From NCBI GenBank assembly GCA_052426225.1, contig JBNJNM010000021.1:2604001-2668000 (forward strand): DNA of 64,000 nucleotides. Direction: 5' to 3'. Shown piece after piece: positions 48,701 to 62,545 of this stretch (position 1 is its first letter; every line of letters begins with the position of its first letter). The notes under the pieces are model-generated. The model saw nothing but the letters and a program-made list of their open reading frames with translations. It did not search any database and had not been told where the DNA came from. The translations under genes and the position numbers were made by a program. This DNA is from Zancudomyces culisetae HAW-14-8. Its lineage: Eukaryota > Fungi > Kickxellomycota.

Positions 48701-50587
48701 ACAAAATAGTGTCTTGTGCTAAGATTCACTAGCCCCTTTATTTGGTCTCGAAATTGCTAAGCATTTTTATTTACCTGGAAAATTCTGTGATCCACTCCCA
48801 CTGTCCCCAGATATTACTACTAACTAATGATGTTGGATGTTTCTGAATCATACTCCTTTGCTATGTAGAGCTCGAGTAGTTTATTCAAGCCAAGACGATC
48901 AAGTGTTAAGTATGAGGCAGAGTGTCTACAGAACCTACCACGCCTATATATACAAATTGCTCTTTTAGTACAAAGATTACAGAGAATTTGTGTTTGTGAT
49001 TATGTTTATCCCAAAAATAATGGAAGTATAAATATTTTCATGCGTGGCATATATTGGTGGCGAGTAACCATACCAGTCTGTGCTATCCCTGGTGTATCAC
49101 ATGCTTTACCTGCTGGTTTAGGGACTTGTCAAACTTTACAGACAGGAGACATAACTGCACTAGATGTGTTTGTGTGTACCTGAACCCGTGCAGCTTTGGG
49201 GTGTATTATAAGCTCCTAAAATTGGTTTCAAAGTCTTTTCAGTTCCGCTAAATTGAACTTATCAGAAACTGCTCATATGAAAAAGCAGCTTTAGTAGAAA
49301 AAGAAAGAAAACAAGAGTAAACAGGATGCAAGAATATACACATTTTTGTTACTATTCAAGCAAGCAAAGGGGCTGATGAGAATAATCATTTGCTTTTTTT
49401 GATTTCAGCTTACTAGGAATATGTGTGAGAAAGTATCACGTTTTTATCCACACTTGTGACTAATCTCTTTGGATTAGCAATTTTCTTTCATTTTGTTTTT
49501 ATCTTGCGTTTTATGGTGACGAAATTCTTAATAGAATATTCGACTGTGATTTACACTTGATCTAAAAACTATAGAAAAAAGAACACCTTAATTTTCAATG
49601 CTTAAGTAATCAAGGTTCTATGTAAGTGTTGTTAAATTGCGCGCTATTAAAAGATTGCTGTCTTCCATTGGAATAGTATGGATACCGATCAACTATTTTT
49701 TTAATTTTGTCTTAGTACAACATTAGTAATCCGTTTGGTTGGTATGTTAAATGTTAGCATTTAGACCTAAATATTGCGCAATTAATCAAGCCCCGAAGGC
49801 TTAAATGAGCATTTTTATTGGAAATACATGCAAAATGTTGCGAGCTTAAAAAATCATCCATTGACTTTTTTCTAGCAAGATTTGCTTTTTCAAAAAACGA
49901 ACACATTTTCCAATAATAGCCACAACTAGTTGCAATATAAACATTAGCTGTTTAGATGGCTGAATTTACTTTAGCGTTATTTCCACAAATCTCAATGGCT
50001 CAAAATTTTGCCTATTTGCAAAAAAAAAAAGTTTTAAGATCAAAAAACTACTGGAGAAATCATGTCTAAACCTCCGTTTTTACTTGCAGATATTTTTCAA
50101 TCAACAAGTTTGTAAAGCAAGTACATAGTTTTAATCCAATGAAACAGAATGCATATGATTCTAGTTTTAAGGGGATTGCGAATACTTTTAAATAACCATT
50201 GGCAGTTGCTAGCAACTTGAAAAAAATTTTATTTTTTTTAAAATCAATTGATCCGTTTTTTTACAGGGTCTTGTGCTAACAAAAAGCAACTGGTACCTTA
50301 GTGTTAGTATACTGTCATCCACTTTTTTTTTGAGAGAAAAGATGGTTAAACTACACAGTGGATTAGTAATATGTTTGTTCTCCAATATCTATAAATATGC
50401 GCTTTAGTCGCACATGTACCGAAAAGCCACAAAATACTTAAACAGAGCAAAATCTGATCTCTAGATAGTTGGATATAGCATTAAAGTTCATTTTAAACAT
50501 CTTTGATACTATAGCAACCGAGTTCGGAATCTTATATTAGACAAAATAGATATTTAAGAGTGATAATAACGTAATAACAAAGCAAAA

Positions 50588-52120
50588 ATGACAGATAAGA
50601 AACCTGAAAATTCTCCCGACTTGGCAATAGAGGATAATCCTGATGGCAGTAAAAGAACCATAGGTATTTTGTCCGGTTCCGCAATATCAATCTCGCTGAT
50701 GATAGGATCCGGCATCTTTTCAACACCGTCCTCAGTAGCAAGAATATCAGGCACACCATTAATGGCAATAGTACTGTACATCATTGGTGGGATATGTTCA
50801 TTTGGTGGTGCGCTAGCATTCATTGAAGTAGGAATAATGTTTCCGAAGAACGGAGGAACTTTGCGCTACCTTGCTCATCAGTATTTGAAACCAAGACTGC
50901 TGATTAGTTACCTTTTTGCATGGTGTATGATTGTTTGTATCAGACCAGGTGCTATAGCCGCAAACGGACCAGTGTTTGCTCAATACTGGATGTACGCAGC
51001 AGCAGGAGGCGATGATATGGAAACACTACACCCTACAATATACGCACACAGAGACTGGATATACCGAGGCATCGCAGCGGCCGGGATCACATTTGTTTCC
51101 CTAATATGTATGTTTAGCGTAAAATGGTCGTTGAGACTGCTGAACGTTTTGACTACGGTGAAAATACTCGTCCTCCTTACCATCAGTATTACTGGTATTG
51201 TTGCATTGGCTGGAGGGGTAAAGAAGGTACCAGATGCTGGTAACTGGTCAATGGGCTTTTCTGGATCTTCAGCCAAGTTTGCTGCATACGCCGTTGCTAT
51301 GAACAGAGTTTTCTGGGCATATGATGGTTGGTCAAACATCTGTTATTCTACTGGAGAAATGAAGAATCCAAGACGTAGTCTTCCTATCGCTGCAGGGCTT
51401 GGAGTAATCACTGTTACTATTTTGTATTTGCTCGCTATATTTGCGTACTTCTCAGTTGTCCCCCTCCAAGAAGCTATTCAAGCCAAGGAAATTCTTGCTG
51501 CCGTATTTACAAACAAGATTTTTGGTGAAACTGTGGGGAAAACCGTGCTTCCTATATTTATTGGATTATCAGTCTTTGGTGCTGTTCTTGCTCAAGTATT
51601 TAGTATCGGAAGAATTGTACAAACAGCTGCTGCATTCGAGTATATCCCCTATGGCAGGGTACTAGCACAATACAACAAGAAATATAACACTCCTATGAAT
51701 GCTATCATTTTCAACTACGTACTCTCAATGGTGTATCTCTTTGCACCGCCACCAGGAGACGTGTTTGAGCTTCTTGTAGATTTTGTGCAATATCCAACAT
51801 GGGTATTTTATGGTCTAACCGCGCTTGGTGTCATCTTCTTGAGACGCAGATTGCCCAACTTTAGAGGAAGAAGGTTCAAAGCAAACATCGTTCTTCTGCT
51901 TCTATTTGTGCTTGTCACCGTTTACCTCAGTATACTTCCATTTGTAAAGACTGATGCAACCAGTGGTACATACCCATACTACCTTTCCCCACTACTGGGA
52001 GTGGTATCGATAGCTGTTGGTTTCATACCCTGGTATTTCCGTATGTGGTGGTATGCTGATAGAAAGGGCGTTGATTTTACCTCTTGGATATACCAGGAAG
52101 AGGAGGAGTTTGATTTTTAG
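50588..52120 (+). CDS. APC-superfamily amino-acid permease (LAT/Mup1-like, 510 aa)
   Basis: IGSGIFSTP, FWAYDGW, GEMKNPRRSLP, about 12 hydrophobic segments. Confidence 0.92.
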   Translation: MTDKKPENSPDLAIEDNPDGSKRTIGILSGSAISISLMIGSGIFSTPSSVARISGTPLMAIVLYIIGGICSFGGALAFIEVGIMFPKNGGTLRYLAHQYLKPRLLISYLFAWCMIVCIRPGAIAANGPVFAQYWMYAAAGGDDMETLHPTIYAHRDWIYRGIAAAGITFVSLICMFSVKWSLRLLNVLTTVKILVLLTISITGIVALAGGVKKVPDAGNWSMGFSGSSAKFAAYAVAMNRVFWAYDGWSNICYSTGEMKNPRRSLPIAAGLGVITVTILYLLAIFAYFSVVPLQEAIQAKEILAAVFTNKIFGETVGKTVLPIFIGLSVFGAVLAQVFSIGRIVQTAAAFEYIPYGRVLAQYNKKYNTPMNAIIFNYVLSMVYLFAPPPGDVFELLVDFVQYPTWVFYGLTALGVIFLRRRLPNFRGRRFKANIVLLLLFVLVTVYLSILPFVKTDATSGTYPYYLSPLLGVVSIAVGFIPWYFRMWWYADRKGVDFTSWIYQEEEEFDF

Positions 52121-53938
52121 TAGTTGTGTACATCATATTGTTATATTTAATATATATTAGTATTTTAGCTGTATGCCCTGTCATAATTTATTTATCGCCA
52201 AATAATACATCTATTTTATATTTTCCAGTTAGCACCAGTATAAAAGGCTAGTCTAGACTTTTGCGTTGTACAAGAGCTGTGATAAAAAGAAAAAGAGCTC
52301 ATCCCTTTAATTGAATGGTGTGTTTACTTTTGCATGATATTACCGCTGAAAAAAACAGCTATTGTGAATGCCTGAAAAGTACAGGTAATATACAGAGCAG
52401 CCAGCTTAATCTATATATCGTTTCCCCCTTTTTTCTCGCTCCCCTTACTAACTACTTTTACAATTTTTGGTAAACGTGATGGCCAAAGGAAAAAGAGCTG
52501 TATTTTTCATCCTTTTTTTTTGTTCACACACACTCATTTGTGGCCTTTTCTTTTAATTTGCGCCGCTTGAAGGTTACACAAGTTTACAAGTACTAGTTCT
52601 ATATATCTGTCTGAGCCGCTGCGTTTTAAAATTTGAGGTAGCCTCTGAGTTCTTCATATGTTTTTGTTGAACGAACCAGTTACCTAGAATCCCCCCTCTG
52701 TTTTGTAAACTGGAGTCGATACATCCAGAAAGCATGGTTTATTTTGCACATACTTTCAAATCCAGGCTCGGGAGAGGAGAGTGTTGTTACGACTTTTTCA
52801 TTTATGCTCATAGATTTGCGAATGGTCAGTATCAATTAATAAATATCAATGTTATCCGTCTAATTATCGTATAAAACCTGAACACCGTCAAATTTTGATA
52901 ATGTCAAGGGAAAACGCATGCTGTGACAAATACTGCTACCCTCCAATAAAAAGTAAGATTATGTGTACATTGGTCCTGTTTCCAGCAAATAAGCGTCTTT
53001 TTGTTTCTCTGTACTTTGCATTTCTGGGTTTGATCATGTGCACTTTTTTCCCTATTAACCAAGTAAGGCTAGAAATATTTGCTAGTTATCTAAACCTCAA
53101 TTCATATGTTGTAGTGGGTGTGATAAAAACCTGCTTCCTGGTTTCAAGATGGTAGTGACCTGGGCTTAGGGTAGCTAAGCCTTTAAAAAAAATATTATGA
53201 ATATTTCTTCTGCTTACCAGTATACTTGAAACTCAGTATTATTGGTGATGTATCAACAGTTGATGGTGAATTCAGTATAAAAAAAACCATTGTGGTTTAG
53301 CAAATTACGAGGAAATGTGTTGCAATTTTTGCTGCACTTTTATCATGTTGCAACTATTTTCACCTTTTTGCTTTTGCTTTTACAATAAATTAATTGATAC
53401 AAACCGTAGAATTTGAAATTATACTGGTTTTTGAACCAATTCTGCATGTCCATCATATCGATCCAGAAGGTTATTCGCTAAACAACCGATGGGGTTTTGT
53501 TTCGCTTGAATTCAAGATATATTAATCTAATTAGTTTCAGCAGCCTCCTGATTTCAAGCATCATGCAGTTCAATTTCCAAAAAGTACTTAAACCTCGGCA
53601 TAGATTTCAAGCACTCTCCTATTTTATCTATTTTATTCGTTTTTTAGTTACTCCTTAAGCATAATTAATTTTCAACCGTATTATACGCTATAAAAGAGAT
53701 TATTCCAACCCGAAGTGACGAGAAGTGTATATGTGTATTACTCTTTACCGATAGTTTAACAAGAAAAGGTGTTACAACACATTTTTTAAGGCATTTTATG
53801 CTCTAGAAGATATATTACATTGCATATAAAATAAAGTATAAATTATCTTACTACACCCGCTATTTAGTACCTCACTACTACATAAATATTAACCAAACAC
53901 AAATACGTTTAAATATAGCTACAAAGTATATAAAAAGG

Positions 53939-55342
53939 ATGTCGCAAGATAGAAATTATGAAGTAAACAATGCCTTTGAAAGCGGACATTCCAATAAGGA
54001 AAGGCGATTGGAAAAGGTGTGGTGCCACAATGACTTTTACTCTAGTAGCAAAGGTAGTTAAATGATATTTTTGCTTTTTTTTTTACCAAGACTAAACTGC
54101 TGGTCTTATTGTACTAATACATGCTCTCATGTGATCGCATCTATTTACTAGCATTTTGGCAACATCAATAAATCTGGGGACCAAAAGAACAGTCTCCAGA
54201 CAAAGTTTAATGATCTAAAAAACTTAATAATACATATCGTAGGTGATACCGTTCTTAAAGAAGATTCATCTCCTGAAAAGACCCTCCTCAAAAGAATTAG
54301 AAGTTTGAGTATGAGTAAAGTAAGAGCAATGTGGACTGAAGATTCTATTCATGAGAGTAAGTTTATTCAGCTCATTTATACATCTCATTTTTTGTATAAG
54401 AATACAAAAAAAATACTTACCAATACCACATACACTATTTATCTGTTTTAATTTTTGAGGCTTTACCAGAGTGAATATTTGTTAGATATACGACATGAAA
54501 AAATAACTAACGTCGTAAATGTAAATGTATATATAGAATTTCCCCCAGGAAAAACTGTGGATTTGTATAATTTCCCTAAAGAATATGAAACTTCTGATAT
54601 AAATGATGCTCTATATGCCTTTCAACAAGATAAATGCGTGAACGGTGGATACAGAATAAAATGGTTAACAGATACGCGGGCTCTTGTTACTTTTAAAAGC
54701 CCTATCATAGCACAAGAAGCTTTAGATACACTGGGTGGTAGTTGTGAGATTCAATCGTGCCTATATGCCTTTAAACATAGTGACTTGGAACACTTTAATC
54801 GAAGATCCGATGATAAAAAGCACAAGAATTCGGTCTCCGACGATAATCTTAAGGTTTTAAGCTCTTACATTGAGTCCGTCAGGAAGGTCTACAAGCCGAG
54901 TACATCGATTGAATTATATGATTTTTCTAGGGCAATGGAGACATCCGAACTACTTTTACTGCTCTCTCCGTACCGTGTTGCTGGAAATACTATTAGAATT
55001 AAGTGGTTTAATAAAAATCAAGCTATTGCTTTATTTTCCAGTGCGGAGCAAGTGCCCAAGGCGCTAGACGAGCTTTCAAATATAAGTATTATGAAGGCTC
55101 GAGCCTATGTGTTCATGCCAGCAGATGTAAAATATTTTACACAAGATATTCAAATGACTCCCCTAGATTCTATTAACCTCAGGCACAAGTCTGGTCTTGG
55201 TCAAAACCCACCAAGAAACGCCACTATTTCTAGACGAAACACTGTTAGCTATTCGTCTAGAGCTGCGCCGATTTCCAAGCGAAATACTATATCTTTGTAT
55301 AATCCCGATGAAATCCCCAACTTTACCAGCACGTTTCGATAG
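53939..55342 (+). CDS. R3HCC1/R3HCC1L-like protein with two RRM-like repeats; tentative exons 53939-54016, 54152-54356, 54537-55342
   Basis: Two copies of (V/I)(D/E)LY(N/D)F...(Y/I)RIKW...A(L/I)xxFxS resemble the R3HCC1 RRM-like domain. Last exon is solid; upstream exons inferred from splice signals and frame. Confidence 0.6.
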
Positions 55343-56085
55343 CTACCTTCTTTATTTAACCTCACCCCCACTATACTGTATAAGAAATGCAACTAAAAAA
55401 AAAAGAGCGGGCTATGTTTAGGTTCTGTTTTATTTAATTATTCCATTAGCTATAAGCATTAATAACAAAAATGTACTATTCAACTCGACTAAATAATTTA
55501 AATGATATCTTTAGCTTTTCCATATCGTTCTTGTATGGAATCTCAGAGTCAAGCAGTTTAATATTGCTGGCTAATGTTTAAAAAAAATCCAATCCAATCC
55601 ATGTCATGTCATTCTTTTTATTTTGACACTTGGAGGTTGAAAGAGTGAATCAATTTTTGAGGAACAAATTTAGTGTGATTTTATTTCCTCCTGTCCTTAC
55701 TGGTATTATTGATCATAAGCAAGTTGCTAATTTCTAAAAAGATGTCAAAAAGAATAACAAACATCATTAGTAACTTTGACACTAGATAGTTAACGTCAAA
55801 TATTCAATGTCAAAAAGTTTATGGTGTTTGTAAAGAACTGTATCAAATTATAAGAAAAAAGCCCATTTATTCATGGCAGAAAAAAAAATCTATATATGTA
55901 TTGCCAATGTATTTGTATCGCAAAAAGCGTATATAAAAACCATACGTGACAACAAACTCCAATTTTTCAGCACTGTAGCCTTTGTATCGATTAAATCAGT
56001 TAATTACTACGTTCAAGATAAAGTACCACCACTGTTTTAGACAACAAAGAATTTGATTTTAATAGAATATCTGTTGTTATACATA

Positions 56086-58019
56086 ATGGTATCCTCGTTA
56101 CAAAAAAGCAAAGAGTTAGAATTTATGAACAGCGATGAACTGAGTGAGCTGAGTGATTTCTCGGAGTTTGAAGATGATGATAATAACTACATAGGGGGCG
56201 ATGAATCTGCTAATAAACATGTGAAAAAAAGTGAGAGTGATAGTAAAAAAAACAATACCACCAACAACAACAACACCAACACCAACACCAAGACAAGTAC
56301 GAATACAAATACAAAGCACGTGGATAAAAGTAATATGACCACTAGAGAGGTAGTAGAACAGGAAAATGAGATTAGTGGAGAGGAGTATGTAGACGACGAT
56401 GAGGGTTTTGAATTGATAACTATAGAAATTTTGACAAAAGAAGGTGTAAACTCGGCAGATGTGCAAAAGTTGAAGGCAGCAGGATATTGTACTGTCATGG
56501 TGAGTACATAAAAATAAGTCATACGTATAAATAAACCATGTGTTTATTTTAAAGAATATGGATATATTGAAACGTAGATATATAGTGTTTTGGAAAACAG
56601 GTTTTTTGAATGTTACAATCATGTTAATATTCTTATGGTTTTATTTACAGGCGGTACAGATGGAAACTAAAAGGAACCTGGGGAAAATAAAAGGGTTGTC
56701 AGAGGCTAAAGTTGAAAAAATCAAAGAAATATCCAGTAAACTAATGGTATGCTATATATTCAATCAATATCTGTCGAGTTTCTGATGTAGCCAGTAGTCA
56801 CCCTAAGAAAAAATATGATAAAAGTATATAATTAACGATTATGGTTTACGTGTTAGGGAAACGGGTTTATTACGGCTGCGCAATATAGTGAGCAGAGAGC
56901 ATGTGTGTTAGCCATAACAACAGGAAGTAACGAGTTTGACAAGCTTTTGGGTGGAGGAATTCAGACCATGTCGATCACCGAGGCATTTGGTGAGTTTAGA
57001 ACAGGGAAAACACAAATAGCACACACTTTGTGTGTAACTTCGCAAATGCCATTGGCTATGGGTGGAGCCAATGGAAAAGTAGCCTATATAGATACAGAGG
57101 GTACATTTAGACCCGATAGAATTCGTGCAATTTCAGAAAGGTTTGGATTAGATGCAGAGATAGTTATGGAAAACATTATATATGCCCGTGCATACAACTC
57201 GGAACATCAATTTGAATTACTCACTGACGTTGCTATTAGATTTGCTGAAGAACAGGGAGTATACAGATTGTTGGTAAGCACTAATTAGTTTGATAGTATT
57301 TTCATAATAACAGTAACATTGTGCTTACAACCGTCCTTTTTTAAAAAACAAAAAAAAAACAACAAAGATTGTAGATAGCATTATTGCCCTTTTCAGAACG
57401 GATTTTGTTGGGAGAGGCGAGCTGAGCGAAAGACAACAGAAACTTAACCTGATGATGTCAAGGTTGTCAAAGATAGCCGAGGAGTTTAACGTTGCCGTGT
57501 ATTTGACAAACCAGGTATACTATGCACCAATCCTATTTATGTGTACCATCTATATTTGTATATACTCTGTACATTAGCAGTTAACATTCATTTCAATGAT
57601 CATTAATTAAAATAACATAGATACAATCTGACCCTGGTGCTGGTTTAGCCTTTGTTGCCGATCCAAAGAAACCTGTTGGTGGAAATATAATAGCACATGC
57701 GTAAGTTGGATATTTCATTTTTTCTCTTTTCTTGGATAAAAAAAATACATATTTAACACTGGATCTTTGAAATATAATGATGTAGCTCAACAACAAGATT
57801 GAGCTTGAGAAAGGGTCGTGGCGATCAAAGAGTTGCAAAAATATATGATTCTCCAGATCTACCAGAGGCAGAAGCAAGTAAGTCATATTTTGCTGAAGAC
57901 ATTTCTCTTGATTAAAGAATCACTAGCAGTACACATACATATTTATATGAGCTCACCAGGTGATAATATTTATAGTCTTTGCAATTGGTGAAGGAGGAAT
58001 CATTGATTCAAAGGAGTAG
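56086..58019 (+). CDS. DMC1: Meiotic recombinase Dmc1; exons 56086-56499, 56651-56746, 56857-57273, 57368-57514, 57621-57700, 57786-57877, 57976-58019
   Basis: [28 protein letters not shown], Dmc1-type [22 protein letters not shown]. Six GT-AG introns give a continuous frame. Confidence 0.93.
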
Positions 58020-58225
58020 TCTCCAACAAATTTTTCCCTGTTTCATTTTACTACCACTTATCATTGTCATTATCGTTATTGTTATTATTGTTGAATTTAT
58101 TTTTGCATTTATACGGTTATGCGTAATCTATCGGCTCAATTTTTTTATAGGTAAAAACCCTCTTTTTAATAAACTCTGTTCTAAAATGGTAATATTTTAG
58201 CTTCAATAGTAGTACTAGTAATGAA

Positions 58226-59838
58226 CTAATTAATGTTTGCCATCTCTGAGATTATATCTACGTAAACATTTATGGCGTTCAGGAATTGCGACTCCAAAAC
58301 GTACTCATCATGGTCATGCGCAAGTAAATCATGGTTAATCATAGGACAGAAACCTACTGCAGGAATACCCTTGAGTCTAATAAATCTAGCATCAGTGGCA
58401 CCTGGACAGACAATCTGAACATACTCAAGGCCATGTTTCTTGAATGCTCTGTCAATGACTGACATAAATGCATCAGATGTGTCAAAGTTTGTAACCGGAT
58501 TTCTGGTTTCTGAAAACTTGAATTCGCACTCGACTCCGTTTTTGGCTGCAAGATCGATTAGCGACTGTCTAAACGCAGCTGCATCGCGCTTGGGCGAAAT
58601 GCGGATATCAAATGTAACAGAATATGTTGCTGGTACGACATTCTGCTGCTTTCCACCTTCAAGCATGGTAAGGTTAATTGCCGTAACCTCACCTGCTGCT
58701 ATTTGTGCGCCTTGTTTAAGTGTCTTTAGTTTGGCCAACTCCTCATCTCTAAGTGCCATTACTCCGTTTATTACTGGAAGTAGCTTTTCAATGGCTGTTC
58801 CTTCAATAAATTGGCTTCCATGACCTGTGTTTCCATGTGCGGTGAACTTCACAGTACTATAAGTTTAGGTTTATTTTATGCATCTGGAATACTGTTCATG
58901 TGTTATTATTATATATTCTCACGTAATTTACACTATTTTTCAGAGGACTTGTAAACTCGGCTGTTTGACTACCCATAAAACATACTCACTAACCTCAAAA
59001 GGCGCTCTGCTGTCCACACGCATACTTTGTCCATAATCATTGGAACCCCCTCGTCCAGGTCAAATCCTGCGTTCAGCTCATCAAATTCCTTGGTTTGAAC
59101 CAATGCCTGAACTCCGTCAGCACCACCTATCTCCTCGTCTGGTGAATATATGGCGTACACGTTTCTAAGTAATTTTACTCCAGAGTTCTTAATCTCTCTT
59201 AATGCCTCTAGATGACAGCTTCCTGATACTTTCATATCCTGTGATCCACGCGCGTATATTTTGAAGTCCCCATCCTCTTGCTGGACCCTTTCAGCACCAA
59301 ATGGGTCATAGGTCCATTTATCCTAAATTTATTCGTAGTTTTATTTTTTTTAATAAAAAGTTTACTGTATCTATGAAAAGGTATAAGGAGACTAGGATAT
59401 AGAGTAAGGTAAGAGGAAAACTAAAGACAACAATAATAATTATCGAAAATAGGCTTACCTCGAATACCGGAACGACATCTGTGTGTGAGCTTAGCAGAAT
59501 TGACTTCTTGGTTGGGTCTGATCCTTCCAGCTTGAGGATTACAATAGGCTTGCCTTCTACACACTGTTTTTGTTATTAATATTTTGTTTTTGTTATTAAT
59601 ATTTTGTTGTTGTTATTGTTTCTTTAGAAATGGTAAAAGCCAGATATTATCTTTTTGCCTTAGCAAATATGTAAAAAGAAATGGTTCTAACCTCAATAAT
59701 TTGATAGTCCAATCCTATCTCCTTTGCTTGATCCACTAGAAAATCTCTACATGCGTAATAATCTGGTGTGGGGTGCACAGTTTTCACTTGTAAGTATTTT
59801 CTAAATCTAGCAACTGATTGTGGCTCTGTTATCGTCAT
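58226..59838 (-). CDS. ACY1: Aminoacylase-1 (M20 peptidase); exons 59838-59692, 59563-59459, 59322-58994, 58856-58226
   Basis: FRKYLQVKTVHPTPDY, SHTDVVP, ARGSQDMK, PDEEIGG, LDEG, GHGS, ATDARF, HDHDE. Confidence 0.93.
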
Positions 59839-62507
59839 TTTGCTTTTGTTTCTGTTTCTGTTTCTGTTTCTTCCACGTCACTGTTAGTTTTGTCACTTTT
59901 AATATAGAAAGGGAGGAGGTGGGCGGATGGTGCGCTTTTATAGTTGTTTGTATTCATCTGACTTGACGCACAATTAAAGTGATATTAGTCATTTTTGACA
60001 TATTAGGCATGTTCATCTTTTCCTGTTTCAACTCATCTTGGTGGATTGACTCGGTTTTGATTCTCAGAGCATTTTGCTTATGTAATAACGCAAAGGATTA
60101 TGTAATTTTTGTTAAAAAAAAGAGCACTTGAAGGGCTTGTTTTGCAAGAAGATGCGATTTACCTAGCATTGAATTGCTAATGTACCACACTTTTCCTTTT
60201 TTTTTTTTGTTTCAAAACCTGTTTCATTAATGCTTTATAACAAATTGTATAGAAGGAAAATATCAAAAAAGAACGAACCTGCTTTTTTTCACACCCACCT
60301 CCCAAATATTAAACCAACAATACCAATAGTATTAGCGCAAAAGTTGCCGAAGTTGTGAACACAACAAGTAGAGTTTGTAAATGAAGATCAGGTGCCTGTA
60401 AAACAAAGCTTGTTTACTCTGCTCAGCTGAGGAGCGTTCATTGGATGAATACTTCTGCACTTGTTTTTGTACCAATAGCAATGCTTTAATTCCAAAGTTG
60501 GTATTGATTATATCTGAGAAAAACAAAGTAGTCTAACACCATCAGTATATACAAGCAGAGAAGAGGGGGAGGGAGATATGGAAGGGTATAGAGATGGAAT
60601 AATACTGGCACCAAGAGTTTCAAGTTTATAGTTATCCCTGTCATTACCAATCTCTTTGTTGAACGAAATGTGTTTACAGCGCTATTCAAGCTAGCTATTG
60701 GTAGTGTTTACAGTTTTTAGCGTTTTTCTGGTAGAGCTTTTGAAACTTAGAACCCCAGCAATATCTACAATATTGTAGGGGAAAAAAAAACATATCAAAT
60801 AGTGTTTTTGCGGTAAATGACCGCTCATTGAATTAGTGTTTAACTTTATTTTTGAAAAATATCTTGAAAATATATCTTAAAAACACTTCGTAGTAAATCT
60901 AACTCTCTTCTTTTATGCTAATTGTTGTTATCTGCTGTTATTTTGCTTCTGTAAGTTGTACCCATTTTTAGAATGAATTATCTAACTATCTTTACATTGT
61001 TGTTGTTGACATGACAACGGTTTTAATGTGTTTACTGCAGGTCAGGAACACAACAGGAACATGAAAGGCCATGTCACTGGTGATATAGGTGATGGTTTTT
61101 GGATAAAAAACCTGGTAGTTTTCGGAGCCCAGAATCCAAAAATACTGGTAATTTAACCGACTAATCCATAATAGAGTGTACAGTTTAAAGTGGTGCGGTA
61201 TGAAAGCCGCTTGTGTCGGAAAAGAGATATCTTGAAACTTATTTTCAACCCGCTAAAAAGTGAATGACTTTTTAATATGGGGTTTTGTCGCTTTACTTTT
61301 CTTATAACCTCAAATCACTATTATTTTGGGAGGGAGGAGGTAATTTTATTGTTGTGAAAAGTGCTAGATTTTAAAAGACAAAGTTAACTGCTCCTTTGAA
61401 TATGAGTATTGATCCATGTTCAGGAATTGATAAAAAAGTATTAAGGCTAAAGTATGATTGAATGCGGACCACACAGTAGCAGTGGTAAGCTGCAAGGTGG
61501 TATAAAACAAGAGCATCGCTGGTCCAAGCTTCTCGTTTGTATATTAAAATGATAGATGTGTCACAGTATCACGCTACAAACAACATTCGATAAACTGTTA
61601 CACACTCTAGTAGCATATACATGTGTGTCCTTGTAACCGAATGATTTCTAAAAGTCAAATAACCTATATCAAATCGATTTTGTCTAAATGAGCTGATGGC
61701 CGAGAAATAAAATGGAGCTTGTAACCTTGACCATCCCATTCAAAAAGGATTATATTTGCATCTTTTAATAAAGCTTTTACCACTAGTGAAATTTTTTGAT
61801 AACAAAATAATAATGAAATAGACTATCCACGCCTACATAAGATTCATGTGTGTCGTATAAACATTGAAAGGAATTTTTTAGTTTAAGGTTTTTTTTCAAA
61901 ACAAAAAAAAATATCCGCCTAGTTCAAAAATAATGACATAAAATAGTAAAAGCAAAATATGTTTAGCACTAACTAAATGCTAATTCTTGAAGCACATCTA
62001 CATAAATTAATGTTGGGCGTTGCAGGGAAAATTTCAACACAAAATTTTGCCACTAGAAAGAAGGCAATACAGTTATTAAATATACTTATGTTCTTCACCA
62101 TACACACACACAAAACCTCACTAGTTTTTCCGATATGTATCAGCCTTTAAAATAATGTTTTTTATTTATTTTGGGAACCGGATAACTCTTTTTTTTTTTG
62201 CAATTAAAAGGCGGAGCATCTATTTCGTACATACCTATCCAAAAGAAAAAAAATGATACTCATAAATAATTGTTACACCTATTTTAAGTTTATTTTTCTG
62301 GTGTTAGGGTTTTAGAGATGAGAACCCATTCTAAATAAAAAGTGAGGCAAATACGTTATATATATAATCACCTATATAAAACAGATGTGGCTTTCGCATG
62401 CGTCAAGGTAATATTTTTTTATTCTCTTTGACATTAGCTGGCGTTTTGAAATAACACCGCAGTTATTATAATAAAAATGTTAGTAATGAAACTCAAATTA
62501 TCTAATG

Positions 62508-62544
<37 letters not shown>
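62508..62544. repeat. Compound (TA)n(TG)n microsatellite
   Basis: Direct reading of the sequence. Confidence 0.85.

Positions 62545-62545
<1 letters not shown>

Noticed and set aside
59565-59612. 20-bp tandem duplication TGTTTTTGTTATTAATATTT in ACY1 intron 1
   Set aside because: Ordinary slippage duplication next to the acceptor, with no evidence of function.
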